Positions 40,023 through 52,148 of a DNA stretch of 64,000 bases are shown piece after piece. The position numbers and the translations under genes are program-made. Each line of letters opens with the position of its first letter. Position 1 is the stretch's first letter. The DNA lies in contig NC_134031.1 of assembly GCF_964204645.1 (NCBI RefSeq), positions 5,580,001 through 5,644,000 of the forward strand, written 5' to 3'. This DNA comes from Tubulanus polymorphus (lineage: Eukaryota; Animalia; Nemertea). The notes beneath the pieces were generated by a model. The model was not told the DNA's origin. It made no database searches and saw nothing but the letters and a program-made list of their open reading frames with translations.

Positions 40023-40384
40023 CTACGCAAGGATGTTTGAACAGCCAGCTATACCAGGCGAATTCAGTCTGTCAACACCTCGAGGTAACTGACAAAATTG
40101 GGCCAATTTCAAATTTATTCTCATTAAACGAGACGTCGATATGACGGTCTCTTTGCGAGATAATGGGGATGATATTGATTGTACAGCAGCCTGAAACCAC
40201 CAGCCCTTCGGACATTCACCGTTGCATTGTTTGAAGTTTTGTGCTATCAAAAAGAAAACTTTTTAATAGCACGCTCATGAATACGATGTCCGGTGTTTCA
40301 ATTCCATTTTTTCGTCCGAAAAAGCCTCGGGTGAAGTCTTGAACATGTGTGAAGCCTCGACAATCAATTCTACCCCGGCATGTA

Positions 40385-40472
40385 GCTGGGCAACCGGTCT
40401 AGTGAGGCAGGGTTTCGGACCACAGCGAGTCTCAATGCGATAAGGTTCGATTCCCTGCTCGGGAGGATGGGA
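40385..40472 (+). mobile_element. tRNA-derived SINE head
   Basis: A-box-like GGTCTAGTGAG and B-box GGTTCGATTCC; similar to the arms at 3541-3704; no cloverleaf. Confidence 0.5.
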
Positions 40473-41507
40473 CAATTTAAGACTAGTAAAATGTTCATAA
40501 AGTATTGAATGCCTGGTGGGTCTGCTCCAGTCAGCAGATTGATATTAGCAGAAATGAGATCGGTCACGGGCCATGTAGTTCACAAATATATCACACTTGA
40601 AATCAACTTAAGTCACCATTTAGTTTTAGTTTGGTTTCAGTGCGAATTCAAAGAACCATTTAGCCACAAAATGGATTGAAAAATTGCTCAGAAATCTCAA
40701 TATTCATGGACAGAAATCGAAACTGTTTGCCATCTCCTCGAGTAGGATAAGTTACAACGAAGATGCTATCTTTCTACTGCGATCGCGTTAAGTTTGATGG
40801 ATGAAATTTATTCAAATTGAGTTTTTTTTTTCACTATGAATTCATTAAAAATTCACGATGCGTCACGTAGAGCAGATGATCTTCAATCATTTATGCGACG
40901 AAGACAAAGCAAATTCTGAATCTTCAAAAGATGTTCCGTTCAGATAACAACAGTCTCAGATCATCAAAGATTTTTACTTCAAATCGATGACTAATTTAAA
41001 GTTTTCTAAATTTTATAAATCATAGGCCATTTCACATTCTACTTATCAAGCCGAGCCCTCTTTGCGGACTTGGAAATTGACTATGGCGCATGATTTGCCA
41101 CTCGAGACAAAACCAGGTTGGCTAAGATCCGATCAGATCGTCACATCGAAAGCAGTCACGTCTACGATATTTTTTAATCAAGAACCTTTTCGACATGGAT
41201 TCACTTACCACCGCGATGGATTGGACACCGACCGATCATAAGCCAAAACATAACGATACAACAAGTTCTATTTCCTAAGACTGATCTTAACGTTGTAGCC
41301 AATCAGTAAAGAGTATTGCAGCATGTGACTTTTAGCATTCAAAATGGCCAGTCAAAAAACCACGAGACTTGGCAATGATCGAATCGTAGTCGACCAGAGC
41401 GCAGAGATCACGAGACAAACGAATTGGCAATCAGCGGTCACTACTACTGCTGTTCTTATAAGACGATCTATAGTCGGGTCGTCAGTCGACCTGAGCCAGG
41501 TTTAAAA

Positions 41508-41677
41508 CCCTTTCAGTGCTGACTAGTTAATACCCTATAGTGCTAGAGATAATTTGAAAATTTTTAAAAATTCCACCCTAGTGTGTTTAATAACGGGAAT
41601 ACCACTATAGTGCGTCTACACTGCGGCGCGGTGTACTCGCAAAATCTATCGCTGATTCATACACCGCACTGAAAGAG
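41508..41677. mobile_element. Non-autonomous piggyBac-like MITE (internally deleted)
   Basis: CCCTTTCAGTGC...GCACTGAAAGAG|TTAA; ends about 40 bp from an Eph donor site. Confidence 0.7.
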
Positions 41678-41718
41678 TTAAGCCTTTTTTCGATGCTGCA
41701 ATGAAATTTTCCACTTAC

Positions 41719-41817
41719 CCGATGTACGTAACCCATTTCCGAGAGGTATTTCATTCCGCTAGCTATTCCTCGCAACATTCCGACGAGTTGCATCACCGTA
41801 AACTGACCGTCGTTATT
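41719..41817 (-). CDS. Eph: Eph kinase exon (helix E to HR)
   Basis: TTTTGTAG|AAT...CGG|GTAAGT; 99 nt; [33 protein letters not shown]. Confidence 0.96.
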
Positions 41818-41972
41818 CTACAAAATACATAAAAACAAGAAAACCGTTTTTAGAACTATGCGCAAAAATGCCCGAACACTCGATTACTTTTCGTGAACGG
41901 TATGTTATGCTGTTCCAGTAGGTAGTTGACTTAAATGACCCGAGTTTAATTACCACCTCGGTTTAAAAACCG

Positions 41973-42115
41973 GGGCTGAGTTTCGTAGATGTGGAAGCAA
42001 AATAATCGCCGGAAAGATTTTGAAATTTGTCAGTTATAACCTCGGTTTCTCATTAGTAGTTTGAGGATTTACACCCCTAGGGGTAACTTCGATACCCAGT
42101 CTATGAAACCGGACC
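41973..42115. mobile_element. MITE, PIF/Harbinger-like
   Basis: Imperfect TIR GGGCTGAGTTTCGTAGA...TCTATGAAACCGGACC; related termini at about 34225-34340 and 15350. Confidence 0.5.
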
Positions 42116-43011
42116 CAGGCTAAGGGAATCTGAAAATTGGGCAGCACAGTTTACGAAGAAAATTTCAAAATCAAAGCCAGTCTGGATTCACTTTTCATCA
42201 ATTACCATAAACCAATCAAATTCACTGGTAACCGAGATAGATTGTAGTCTTTTCAGCTGATTAATCACCTTTTTGGAGGTTGATTAATGGTTTTTGAATT
42301 AAGTCAATTTCATGATTGATCGCAACCCTAGACAGAGACAAAACTGCGAAGACATTTTTCTGTGTTTCGAATCACCGTAGGCCAATACGGTAGATAAAAA
42401 ATCCAATTTCAGTGGACCAGCGAATCAGTTGTTTAATATAATCCAAGTCCTATCTTCCAGTAAGAAATATATAAAACATGAAATATTTTGTTCGCTACAT
42501 GGTATTGTCATGGTATTGTGTTATATGAAGAGGTTCTCCAGTATCGTACCTTTTTTTTTTTTTAGGAATCGCTATCATAAAATCATAAAATGTGTTCAAA
42601 CAAAAGATGTTTTATTCATATAAATACGCCAGTCGTTGCATATGGCAGCAGTTGGCCCTTCACCATTTTATAAGTCAGGCTATCAAAATATTTTCCGACA
42701 GCGGGACCGCTTAACATTTGATGGAGAGTACTTATAATCGAAGTCACTACGGTAGTTCTATACGGGCGATCAGATGGTCATAGATAACCCGATATTGGCA
42801 GGCGTTAATACACGACAGAAAAAAATGACGGTATTAAAATAACAACCTCATCGCCCGCGCGAGTAAATAATCATTGTTCCCTCGCGCGGTAAATAAATGA
42901 GTCGCAAGTACACTTGTATTTTCGGCACAAAACCGCACGCCATAAAGGCAACAAAGGAACGAGCTGTCTCTCGTAGTTGTGATTGAGAGGTTTTTTTGTA
43001 AATATCTTTAA

Positions 43012-43420
43012 CCCTTTCGGTGCTGACTAATTAACACCCTAAAGCGCTGGAGATGAATTGAACATTTTTGAAAAATACCTCCCCAGCGCGTTGAATAACG
43101 GGCATACCGCTTTAGTGCATCTATACCTCAGTGCAATGCAGTTACTAATATTTCATGATGTTTGACAGGTGCTGTCATCTTTCAATCGAGACAAAAATCA
43201 TTTACTAATGACATCAATGCACCACGGTGCTGTGTACTACTATCAATGCCAACCACCGATTTATACACTGCACTGAAAGATTTACAGAGTTGTAGTTCTA
43301 GAAAACTATTCTGAGTCAAAACACCATTTGCACCACCAGGACTTAAGACAGTAGGGTCCGTACTAGCAAAGTCCATCACCGATTTATACACCGCACTGAA
43401 GTGTAGATGTACTGTAACGG
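43012..43420. mobile_element. Non-autonomous piggyBac-like MITE (composite, duplicated right end)
   Basis: TTAA|CCCTTTCGGTGCTGACTAATT...ACTGTAACGG|TTAA; the right-end block CCGATTTATACAC.GCACTGAA occurs twice. Confidence 0.7.
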
Positions 43421-44196
43421 TTAAGCACAGCTCACTGGATACGATTTTTCGATCCCGCGAAAAAATTCGTGGCTACAATAGCGATTTTCTATGACGATAG
43501 GTTTCTAATATCGAGGTCAACTTTATTTACATGGCTAAACTGCGACTATATAGCAGCGCAGGCTATCTGTCAAGTTGGCGTTCAATTAACTGTTATTAAC
43601 TGTATTTAGGCAATATAACAAGACGTACACTCGAGTTACTCCGCGTTCTCAGGCACTCATTTCGTCTAGCGCCGGGGCCCGATATCAACAAGCAATTAAT
43701 ATCCGTAATTTCTAATCATTTTCTCCGTGACAGCCGAGAATGATCGATGACGGGCAATCTGAATCGCGATTCGATAGCCGCCCGATTCGTCGACGCGGAA
43801 TAAATCTGAGCGTGACAACCGTAACAATGTGCCCGCGCGCGCCCGCCGTTGACCGAAAAGCTATTACGCCGCAACCGCGAAGTTTATTCGGGTAATTTTT
43901 TCGCGCGACGACGAATGGTGTTAATGGTCATTTAATGCCATTCGCGTCACACACATGTTGGCGTTTATAAACGTATTAACCGAAACTGGTAATTGTAGTG
44001 ACAGCTCTCCGAGAAAAGAGCACTGGCTCTAAACCAAACATCGACCGTAATTCGATGCCACAAGATACTCAGACGCTGTCGCGAAGAATATTCTCGTGCG
44101 CGCGCCCGGTCCCCCAAGGACTCACGAAATAATATGTCGATTTGTGCTATTGAAAAGATCCGAATCATATGGGACTGATTGACGGACTTTGAAAGA

Positions 44197-44359
44197 AAAC
44201 CCTGTTAGTGCTAACCGTGGTTAGTAAAGTGTTGTTGGGCATAAATGGACGCAAGAAAGCGCTGTTAGCTAACCATTGTCTTCGTGTGGCCTCTTATTCT
44301 AAGCTGGTTAGCCTAAACGCAGATAAGCCACCACTAACCACGGTTAGGCTAACAGGGTT
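44197..44359. mobile_element. Foldback/MITE
   Basis: AAACCCTGTTAG..CTAACCGTGGTTAGT / ACTAACCACGGTTAGGCTAACAGGGTTT inverted repeats. Confidence 0.6.
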
Positions 44360-47107
44360 TGCCAGCACCCGTCCTAGTTTTAAAGACTGGTATTATCCTT
44401 AACCAAAGGGTCACAGTTATATTGTGGTTCTTTACTTCAAATAATATTGGACATTCGATACTTGTCTTTGGAAACCAAATCTAGCCCAAAGAGGTGACGG
44501 TATCGTACGGGGTTTACGCCCACACGACCTGACCTGGCATTTCAGTGTCGCTTCGATACGAGTGCTATCAGAACATATAAACCATATCACTCCAATTGAA
44601 AGTGAGACCTTTTTAAAACCCAAAGAATCGATGTTACGAGAATTAACGCCGTATAAACAATGATGTCGTCATCGATATTAACGCTGCATCGAAACACGCG
44701 GAGAATGACGACGACGACGAGGACGGATATAGCGGCAGAAAGCGGAGCGCTGAATTCAGAGCAGCCGTTAAATCTGCCTTTGAACATTAACGCCAAGTAA
44801 CTGGGGATAATTAAATAGATGATGATGAATAGCGACATGTGAATGAGTTACTGCAACTAATCACATAAAATTGTCTACCTCTTAGCAATGTACACACAGT
44901 CATTCCCGTTTCCTTAATTGCCACTAAACTTTTTTTCGGGGCTACGGAAACCGACTGCGAAATTGTCGGAGGTATTTCGACAGTACGTGGGCTGTAAATG
45001 GCATCAGATTTGCATGTTTGCGGTTATGCCGACAGCGCAGCGCAGTAATCGAAGAGTATATGTCGGAGCCCAATTATCAGGGTAGATCCAAATGGTTTCG
45101 TGAGACTTCGGTTAGCCCCTGAGGAGGTAAAGACCCATTTCGCAAAATGGGGACTGCAAAAAGGGCTCCATTTTGGCATAAAGAAACTTGAAATGGAGCA
45201 ATTTCTGTAAAACAAAAGCCCAATGTCTACATAAATTCTAGTAAGGGATCAAAAAGGTGCTGCCAGAATGCATTTTTCTTATTAATCTGCCTCAAAAATA
45301 TATCTGGTAAGACTCCAAGAACCCACCCCTAAATATACCCTTGGTAATCCTAAACGATTTGAATATTTGTGTGTCGAGCCAGCCCCAGGTCCGAAGTCGA
45401 AGTCCTCATATTTTTTCAAACCGCTTCGAATATCAAGGATTTCTAGAAACTCTATCGTATCAATTCCGTATTCGTAGGAGCGGCCGATCGATATCATTTT
45501 ACAGTCCATTAAACATATCATCTATCGCGCTTCTATCCACAGACATCATTAAGACGACGGTTACCGAGACCGATTCGCGTCGGAAAACGTCGAGCCCAAG
45601 GACGCTGCTACGGCAGAAAGGGTTAACATAACTTCCTGTTACCTGTCTCGAATTAATGGCTTTCTAATACGATTTTCCGACGGCGCGCTCGGGAATACCG
45701 GCAGCTCGCTATATATCATCGCCGAGTCATAAAACATAAAAACATTACCGGGCGAATTCTTAATGCATCACATCTCTCTATCCATCTATCTATCTCCGCT
45801 AACGCGTCGTGTTATCGTTAAAAATTGTTATCCATACCGACTTGATATAATTCACCGCGACCATTAAACTAGCGATGAGTGCCGATGACGATCTACGTAT
45901 ATTCCTATATTCCCAATTATTTATTATATCTGTGCAGTAGCATTTTTATTATGTATCATAACCGCTCACACGCGCGCCCGCCGATGGGTATAGCATGGGC
46001 CGCACTTTTATCTGATCATATCAACCAACTAACTACACGGCACAGGACGAAATTGATGATTTACGACGTTGAGTATAATATGTTTTCATAGCATCGTCGT
46101 CGGTAAATTTGTGGTTGCTTCGTTTAATCGCCGGTACAGGAAGACATTCCGATCCGCGGTTAATGGACCGTCGCGACTTTTTTCAGGCGCGGGCGCGTGT
46201 TCATCTATCATTTCCTATCGAATATTTCACAGATCGACTTCCCCCACCGGGAGTCAAAAGTTGAAAATAACGATAATCTAGACGAACGCGAATAAACGAC
46301 CTCGGAGCAACAAATAGGCATAAAACAAAATGAAACTCTCGGCGTGGCGCGACCATTTTCATCATAACCCCTACATAGGTGAATACCATTACCGTAACTC
46401 ATAACGGATATTGTAAGCCGTGGATCGTACAAGCGTTTTCGACCCGGGCCAACCGTTCATAATCCTGCCAAATGGGCCCCGAGCCCGTTCGACGATCAAT
46501 TATGAAAGGAGGCTTATTCTAGAGGATGTTATTTAAGATTGAAGTGGGCTGAAGTGGGCTCGTAATATATGAATCAAAAGTGAATTTTTATCCGATATTA
46601 GTCGATGATCTTTTTTTCCCAAAACTGTCAGTCACTGAAGAGGAGAGGCATTAAGTGCTGCCAATCACAGTGATCAGTCACTAAAACTGCCCCTGTGTTC
46701 CTTAGTGGAGGTAGTTGATTTCAAAATCCTCGTCCTCGCTTTTGTTTTGCTCCCTCTCATGAAATGCCCACGCAAATCTTTTTGTTTTTAGTTTTTCGTG
46801 GGATTTACTTTTTAGGATACTAAATTTCTTTCCTATGGTACTAGCCCTTAACTCACTGGAATTATCTACATAGACTTTACAGCATTTGCGAGGATACCGT
46901 GCATACGTACATAAATCCTTGACGGCACCTATTTCTAAGGCACAAAGGTTTTATATGTACTGGGGAAAGCATTTAATTCATTATCGAGAAAGAGCTTATC
47001 AGTATTCCGCATTTGTTTAGCTAAGCCGGGGAGAGACAGACGTAGAAGAATAAGATAGGTGATTAGCCGAATGTAGCTATTAACGGCGGCGTATACTGTA
47101 TACTCAC

Positions 47108-47169
47108 CCTAAGGAACGAATCAAGCGAACCGTTTTCCATGTATTCGGTAACTATCATTATCGGATGAC
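47108..47169 (-). CDS. Eph: Eph kinase exon (hinge)
   Basis: CCGCAG|GT...AGG|GTGAGT; 62 nt, phase 1 to 0; SHPIMIVTEYMENGSLDSFLR. Confidence 0.95.
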
Positions 47170-47559
47170 CTGCGGAGAGAAAACAAAGTGAACATCAAAA
47201 ACAGTTGTCGCTTGTTTTCACCGTGACGATAAATGAGTCATCGGGCCCCGTATTTACGTCGCAGCGGCGGTCAGGATGAGAGTAATTAGTCTCGCTTGTT
47301 ATTTTGCGTCTGATAACAACGGGGTGACGCGCTCTCGCGCACGTTCGCTGGCTCTTAACGTGTCACCGGGGTATAAACGCGCAAGTCATCACCGCGCCGC
47401 CGCCGAGTTCGCGCCAACTTGACAGGATTCGCTTATCTTTCCGGCGCGCGTGCTAGATGTGAAAACAGGGTCACTACGGATCCGCCATTCCTGGGTGTAA
47501 GGAGTTTTTTCAACGAGCTTTGATAAGGCAGAAAATTTCCATCGCGTTCATATCCCAAT

Positions 47560-47727
47560 TACTGTAGACTCCTCCTAAATCGGTAGTTTATCTCTGTAAA
47601 CCATTTCAGTGTTTTCGTCAGCACATTTTTATTTCAAACATTACCTAAACTCGATTTCTAATTTGGAAACCCCCTAATAGGGTAAAAACGAATCCCAACT
47701 GTATCGATTTAGGGGTAGTCTACTGTA
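47560..47727. mobile_element. Tc1/pogo-like MITE
   Basis: TA-CTGTAGACTCCTCCTAAATCG...CGATTTAGGGGTAGTCTACTG-TA; related TACAGT..AACCT starts near 24926 and 27819. Confidence 0.55.
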
Positions 47728-48628
47728 CGACTTAAAACTAGACAAAAATTTCTAATTGCCTCTTTTTCAAACATGAAGGAGTTTCAAAGGAGTTTAAGGC
47801 ATTTTGCTCAAATTGAAGGAGTTCCAAGCACCCTTGAAAGCATTTTCCGTTTAAAAGACATTTTTAAGGAATCGAGGAGTCATAGCAAGGACCCTGGAAA
47901 AGTAAAAGCGATCCCGTTCTAGTTGCGTCATGCGGAAAAGTTGCCGTATGAATTATCATAACGAGCGCGTGGTGATGAAGAAATGATTTAAACCGTCGCG
48001 AAGAGAAGATCAGGATTTATGCGCGTTCACAGTCAGATTATACGACTGCCCGACGACGACGACGAAGCTTTCATTGACTTTAAAAGCTTTACGCTAAGCC
48101 CGTAATTGGTAATTCCCTAATGTCCTTTTAACAGTTCTCAAACGAAAAAAGAATTCGACGCTATCATCTTCTAAGACCCTAAATGCATCTTCATCAAGGA
48201 GAGATCTTTAATAAGCAAAAACGTTCCGGTTTGTCAGGCGGAGAAGGATCATATTTTTTTCAACAGACGCTATTGATAAGGCTGTTAGAGAAACGACTTC
48301 TTCTATTTGTAGAACGCTCAATAATTCAAATCTGGACAACCTAGGATGATCTTTAACAGGGTGGCCACCTATAACTTGCTCTTTCCCCGGTTATTCCCGG
48401 ACACGCGCGCTGTTTTCCCTGACTTGATCTGCTAAGAATCCAATCAATTGACGCAGTCGAATATGTAAAACATAGATGGGAAACTGTTTAACTTTAACGC
48501 CCGATCTAGCATTCTCAATATAGACTTTTCCCTGATTTTTAGCTTTTTCTTACAAAATTCCCTGACTTCTTAAAAGAAAAGAAAATTCCCTGACTTTTGC
48601 TTTTTTCATCAATAACATGACGACTTAC

Positions 48629-48814
48629 TTTTGGTAACCACGCCCTCCAGCGCGATCACGTTCGCGTCCTCAAACTGTCCCATGATGCTCGCTTCCGTCA
48701 GGAAGTCCAAACGGTTTTTCTCCGATGCGCCTGGTTTCAACGTTTTGATGGCCACAGTCATTTCCATGTGCGTCGGGATGCGTAATTTACCTTTGCAAAC
48801 GTCCCCGAATTCGC
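48629..48814 (-). CDS. Eph: Eph kinase exon (Gly-rich loop, VAIK, helix C)
   Basis: CTTCAG|GC...AAAA|GTAAGT; 186 nt; [11 protein letters not shown]...VAIKTLKPG...[11 protein letters not shown]...EGVVTK. Confidence 0.96.
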
Positions 48815-49197
48815 CTGAAGATTGAAACAGAAAACCGCAATGAAACAAATGTTTCTAAACCGCAAAACCCGACAAATTGATCAGATACCGCAAATTCAGT
48901 TTTCATATACAGCACCCGTTAAAAAACCGTATTCCTAGGGAATTACTCAACGTACATGCTCAATAGGGGTATGAAAAAACAAAAGGTTGAGCATGACCAA
49001 GCTATATGAAATACATGGTATTTGATATTGAACTGCACAGTCCAGCAGGTCTATAACCATTCTAACAACTTAAGATCAGTCTTTTGTTTCGGACTCACTT
49101 AAAATCATAACCAGGGTACACTAGAGGGAAGAGGGAATGACGATATAACATTGTATCTAAGTAACATCAGTTTACAGTCCGTGAAAATAGCCCTTAA

Positions 49198-49346
49198 CCT
49201 TTTCAGTGGGTCTACACTGCAGTGCGGTGTATTAATCAGTGAACTTTGCTAGTACACCGCATTGCAGTGTATTGATGTTATAAGTAATTTTTTAGAAATT
49301 TTCAAATTAACTCCAGCACTTTAGGGTATAGTCAGCACTGAAAAGG
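49198..49346. mobile_element. Non-autonomous piggyBac-like MITE (opposite orientation)
   Basis: TTAA|CCTTTTCAGTG...CACTGAAAAGG|TTAA. Confidence 0.75.
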
Positions 49347-49404
49347 TTAACGAACCCTCAAAATAAACTGAACTTAAGACAGTTCATTTAGTAAATAGAC
49401 CTAC

Positions 49405-49548
49405 CTCCACCGATAACGGATTCGATCGTGATGTGGGACGCGTCGATTTCTTTGGTGAATTCGCGCACCGCCTGATGAGGGTCTTCGTAGGTGTGCGGGT
49501 CGACGTACGATCGTATGGAACCGGGAGACGTGAACAACGGAACCGTCA
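49405..49548 (-). CDS. Eph: Eph receptor exon: juxtamembrane [10 protein letters not shown] motif and start of kinase
   Basis: TTATTGCAG|TG...GGAG|GTAGG; 144 nt, phase 1-1; [48 protein letters not shown] with both canonical autoinhibitory tyrosines. Confidence 0.95.
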
Positions 49549-50500
49549 CTGCAATAACAAACAAACTTCCGATTTAAAAATACTATGATAGGCATAAAAT
49601 TTGCATAAATTAGAATAAAATTAGTATCGAAACAGTAAATAGCGATACGGGAGATCATGTAGCACAAAATTGGAATCACTACTAAGTTATAGATATGAAA
49701 TATTTAATGACTACTAGCGAACATAATATCGGTCATTGCAAATAAATAATGGAACCAATTAATGAAGAAATTGAACTAATATTCCTCATTGCTTCAACAG
49801 CCGCCTGTGGCTCAGTCAGACCCACGACCCTCGAAAAATGGATTAGAAAAATAGCAGAAATCTCTGGGTTTCTACCAGCACTGTCTGCTAAGAATTATAT
49901 ACAATTCAGATCATGCAAATTTTCAAAATGAATCATCGGTTTCCCAAACTCTACTCGACGGTACATATAGGCGTTATTTTACTACGCTAACTGAAGGAAT
50001 TATCGACGTACAATATAATGGAAGGAACGAAATAAAATATTAATATTCAACAATCATGCAGCTATTATTCAGCTATAAATCGATCTTGCGTTCAGTATTT
50101 TCAAAGAACTGGTTAATTGAATATTGAAAGAACTATCGGACATGATTTTTTCATTTCCTAGAGTTTATTGATTAATAATTTAACCATTTAATGGATCTTT
50201 TAAGATTCTAATCGCGAGAAGCAGTCGAAGAATAGATCAAAAATGTAATATCTATTAGTAAAAGAGAATAACTAAGAGGGTACGTCGATCCGAGCTGGTC
50301 GGCTTATTTTTTACCGACAAGCCCGGATCGTGATCAACTACCCCGATGGTAAGTATATTCAAGGATTAAGCTTGTATAACGAGTAAACAGGACGACTAGC
50401 ACCACCTGGTGGCTACTTCAATCAGACAGAGACACACGATACATCGATTATAAAGAAAACGATGAAAGACCACCAGGTGGCGTCGTTCGTAGAAACTTAC

Positions 50501-50530
50501 AGCTGCCGTTCGGTTCTACGTGACAGTGCA
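50501..50530 (-). CDS. Eph: Candidate 30-nt juxtamembrane microexon (VHCHVEPNGS)
   Basis: CTAACAACAG|TGCACTGTCACGTAGAACCGAACGGCAGCT|GTAAGT; phase 1-1 and open; 'VHC' resembles an optional segment I recall in arthropod Eph (unverified). Confidence 0.65.
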
Positions 50531-50965
50531 CTGTTGTTAGCCATGTGAAAAGAAACGAAACGATGAATCAATAATAAACGAACGGTAGCGCCACCTAAAC
50601 CCAATAATCTTACGAGATAGAGACTACATTCGAATTGGCCTGAGCCTCGTAATGATAATTAGCTCGGCGATCCGTACAGGGTTAAGTGCGCAATTTTCTA
50701 GTTAAGACTATATAGTACCCGACCCTTCGTCGTAGTGCAGGCAATCTTCAATAAGATTACCTATAAACGAATATATATCGCGATAAACGAATTATCGCGA
50801 GTAAAACGGATTATCTCGAGAGAAACAAGATCATCCGATGAGCGCATGTTGTTATGCGTCTAAATGAATTGGATTACGTTTAAGGGATGAACGCGACGGT
50901 GAGCGTGACGCGCTAAATGACGAAATATTAAGGGTAGTAGACAGACGTAATATATGGATAATCAC

Positions 50966-50998
50966 CTTTCAGATAGGGCCACTTCCCCGTGCATGATC
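50966..50998 (-). CDS. Eph: Candidate 33-nt juxtamembrane microexon (RSCTGKWPYLK)
   Basis: Strong polypyrimidine tract TTTCTTTCGTCCACCTCTTTTTAG, donor AAG|GTGATT; phase 1-1 and open. Confidence 0.5.
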
Positions 50999-51288
50999 CT
51001 AAAAAGAGGTGGACGAAAGAAATCGAATCAGAATGTCACAAAAAAGTGCGAGGGAGAAAAATCTGGTGGTTATTTGCACAAAAATGAGGGGAAATCTCCG
51101 CCAACGGAAGTCGTGTAAGGATTAACGAGGTAATCTAGTTAAAGATGGATAAGAAAGTAAGGTGGAGCTGATTGCACTTCAACATGAGTTCCTTCACCCG
51201 GTCAACGCGACAGTAACCAAACGCAAAAGAAGTAAATTCATTTCTTTCTAAATAATGCATTCGTCAACAAGATCAGGTTCCAAACCAG

Positions 51289-51494
51289 GGGCCGGTTGCA
51301 TAGTCATGGCTTAGACTAAAGACCAGTCTAAGACCAACTTAGTTCTATAGCCAATCTAACAACTTAAGACCAGTCTTAAGTTGTTAGATTGGCTATAGAA
51401 CTAAGTTGGTCTTAGACTGGTCTTCAACAACTTAAGACCAGTCTAAAGATTTAAGACCACTTTTGGACTTAAGTCATGACTGTGCAACTGGCCC
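51289..51494. mobile_element. PIF/Harbinger-like MITE, copy 2, with internal perfect palindrome
   Basis: CAG|GGGCCGGTTGCA...TGCAACTGGCCC|CAG (3-bp CWG TSD). Confidence 0.8.
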
Positions 51495-52148
51495 CAGGAA
51501 CTACCGACGTAAAAGACTTACACCATTCAGTTTTTCTAAAACTCGAAATCTATTGTCGCATAACTGGCCCCCGGAGACCTTTAAACTTAGCCCGAACGGG
51601 GAGCATTACAAGATTTAGGTTGTAATGTCGAAACAACGAAGAATACTAGTTCGGGACGAAAATCTACGTTCATAAGTCATTGAAATATACAAAAATAAAA
51701 TCGGATGTTATATCATAAAAGTCTCTAAGAGAAAGTTCAAAAATATGAAAAAACAATGATTACGCAATCACAAAAATGAGTGACACATTGATTCCGATGG
51801 TGTGTGCTGTGGTGAACAGTGTGTGAAACAAACAACGAAATCATCAACTGTGCGAACCAGAAAACCACGAAAAATTAGCGTATGATAACTGTGTAACTAC
51901 AGCAAATAGAAATACAATAAGTTAGCCATAGATTAATTGCCACGAGAGAAGACCCACTTATATATATATGAAATTAGCGACAATCATACATATCTAAAGT
52001 GGTAATACTCTTTACAGAAGAAAAAGATACGTGAGTGTGTGTGTGTTCCGTAGTAGAGGACCTAGGAAGGGTGTGATTTATGATACGGTAACCATCCTTA
52101 TAAGATTAGATCACGATTGATAAAACGCTAAATAAACGTGTTGCGACG

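Noticed and set aside
51760-51880. Strong-looking minus-strand acceptor (CGCTAAT...TTCGCACAG at 51848)
   Set aside because: No good donor at a frame-preserving distance; the reading frame hits a stop after about 26 codons.
52031-52061. Fourth microexon candidate (CCTTCCTAG|...|GTATCT)
   Set aside because: 31 nt (frameshifting), weak donor, and mostly a CA repeat.
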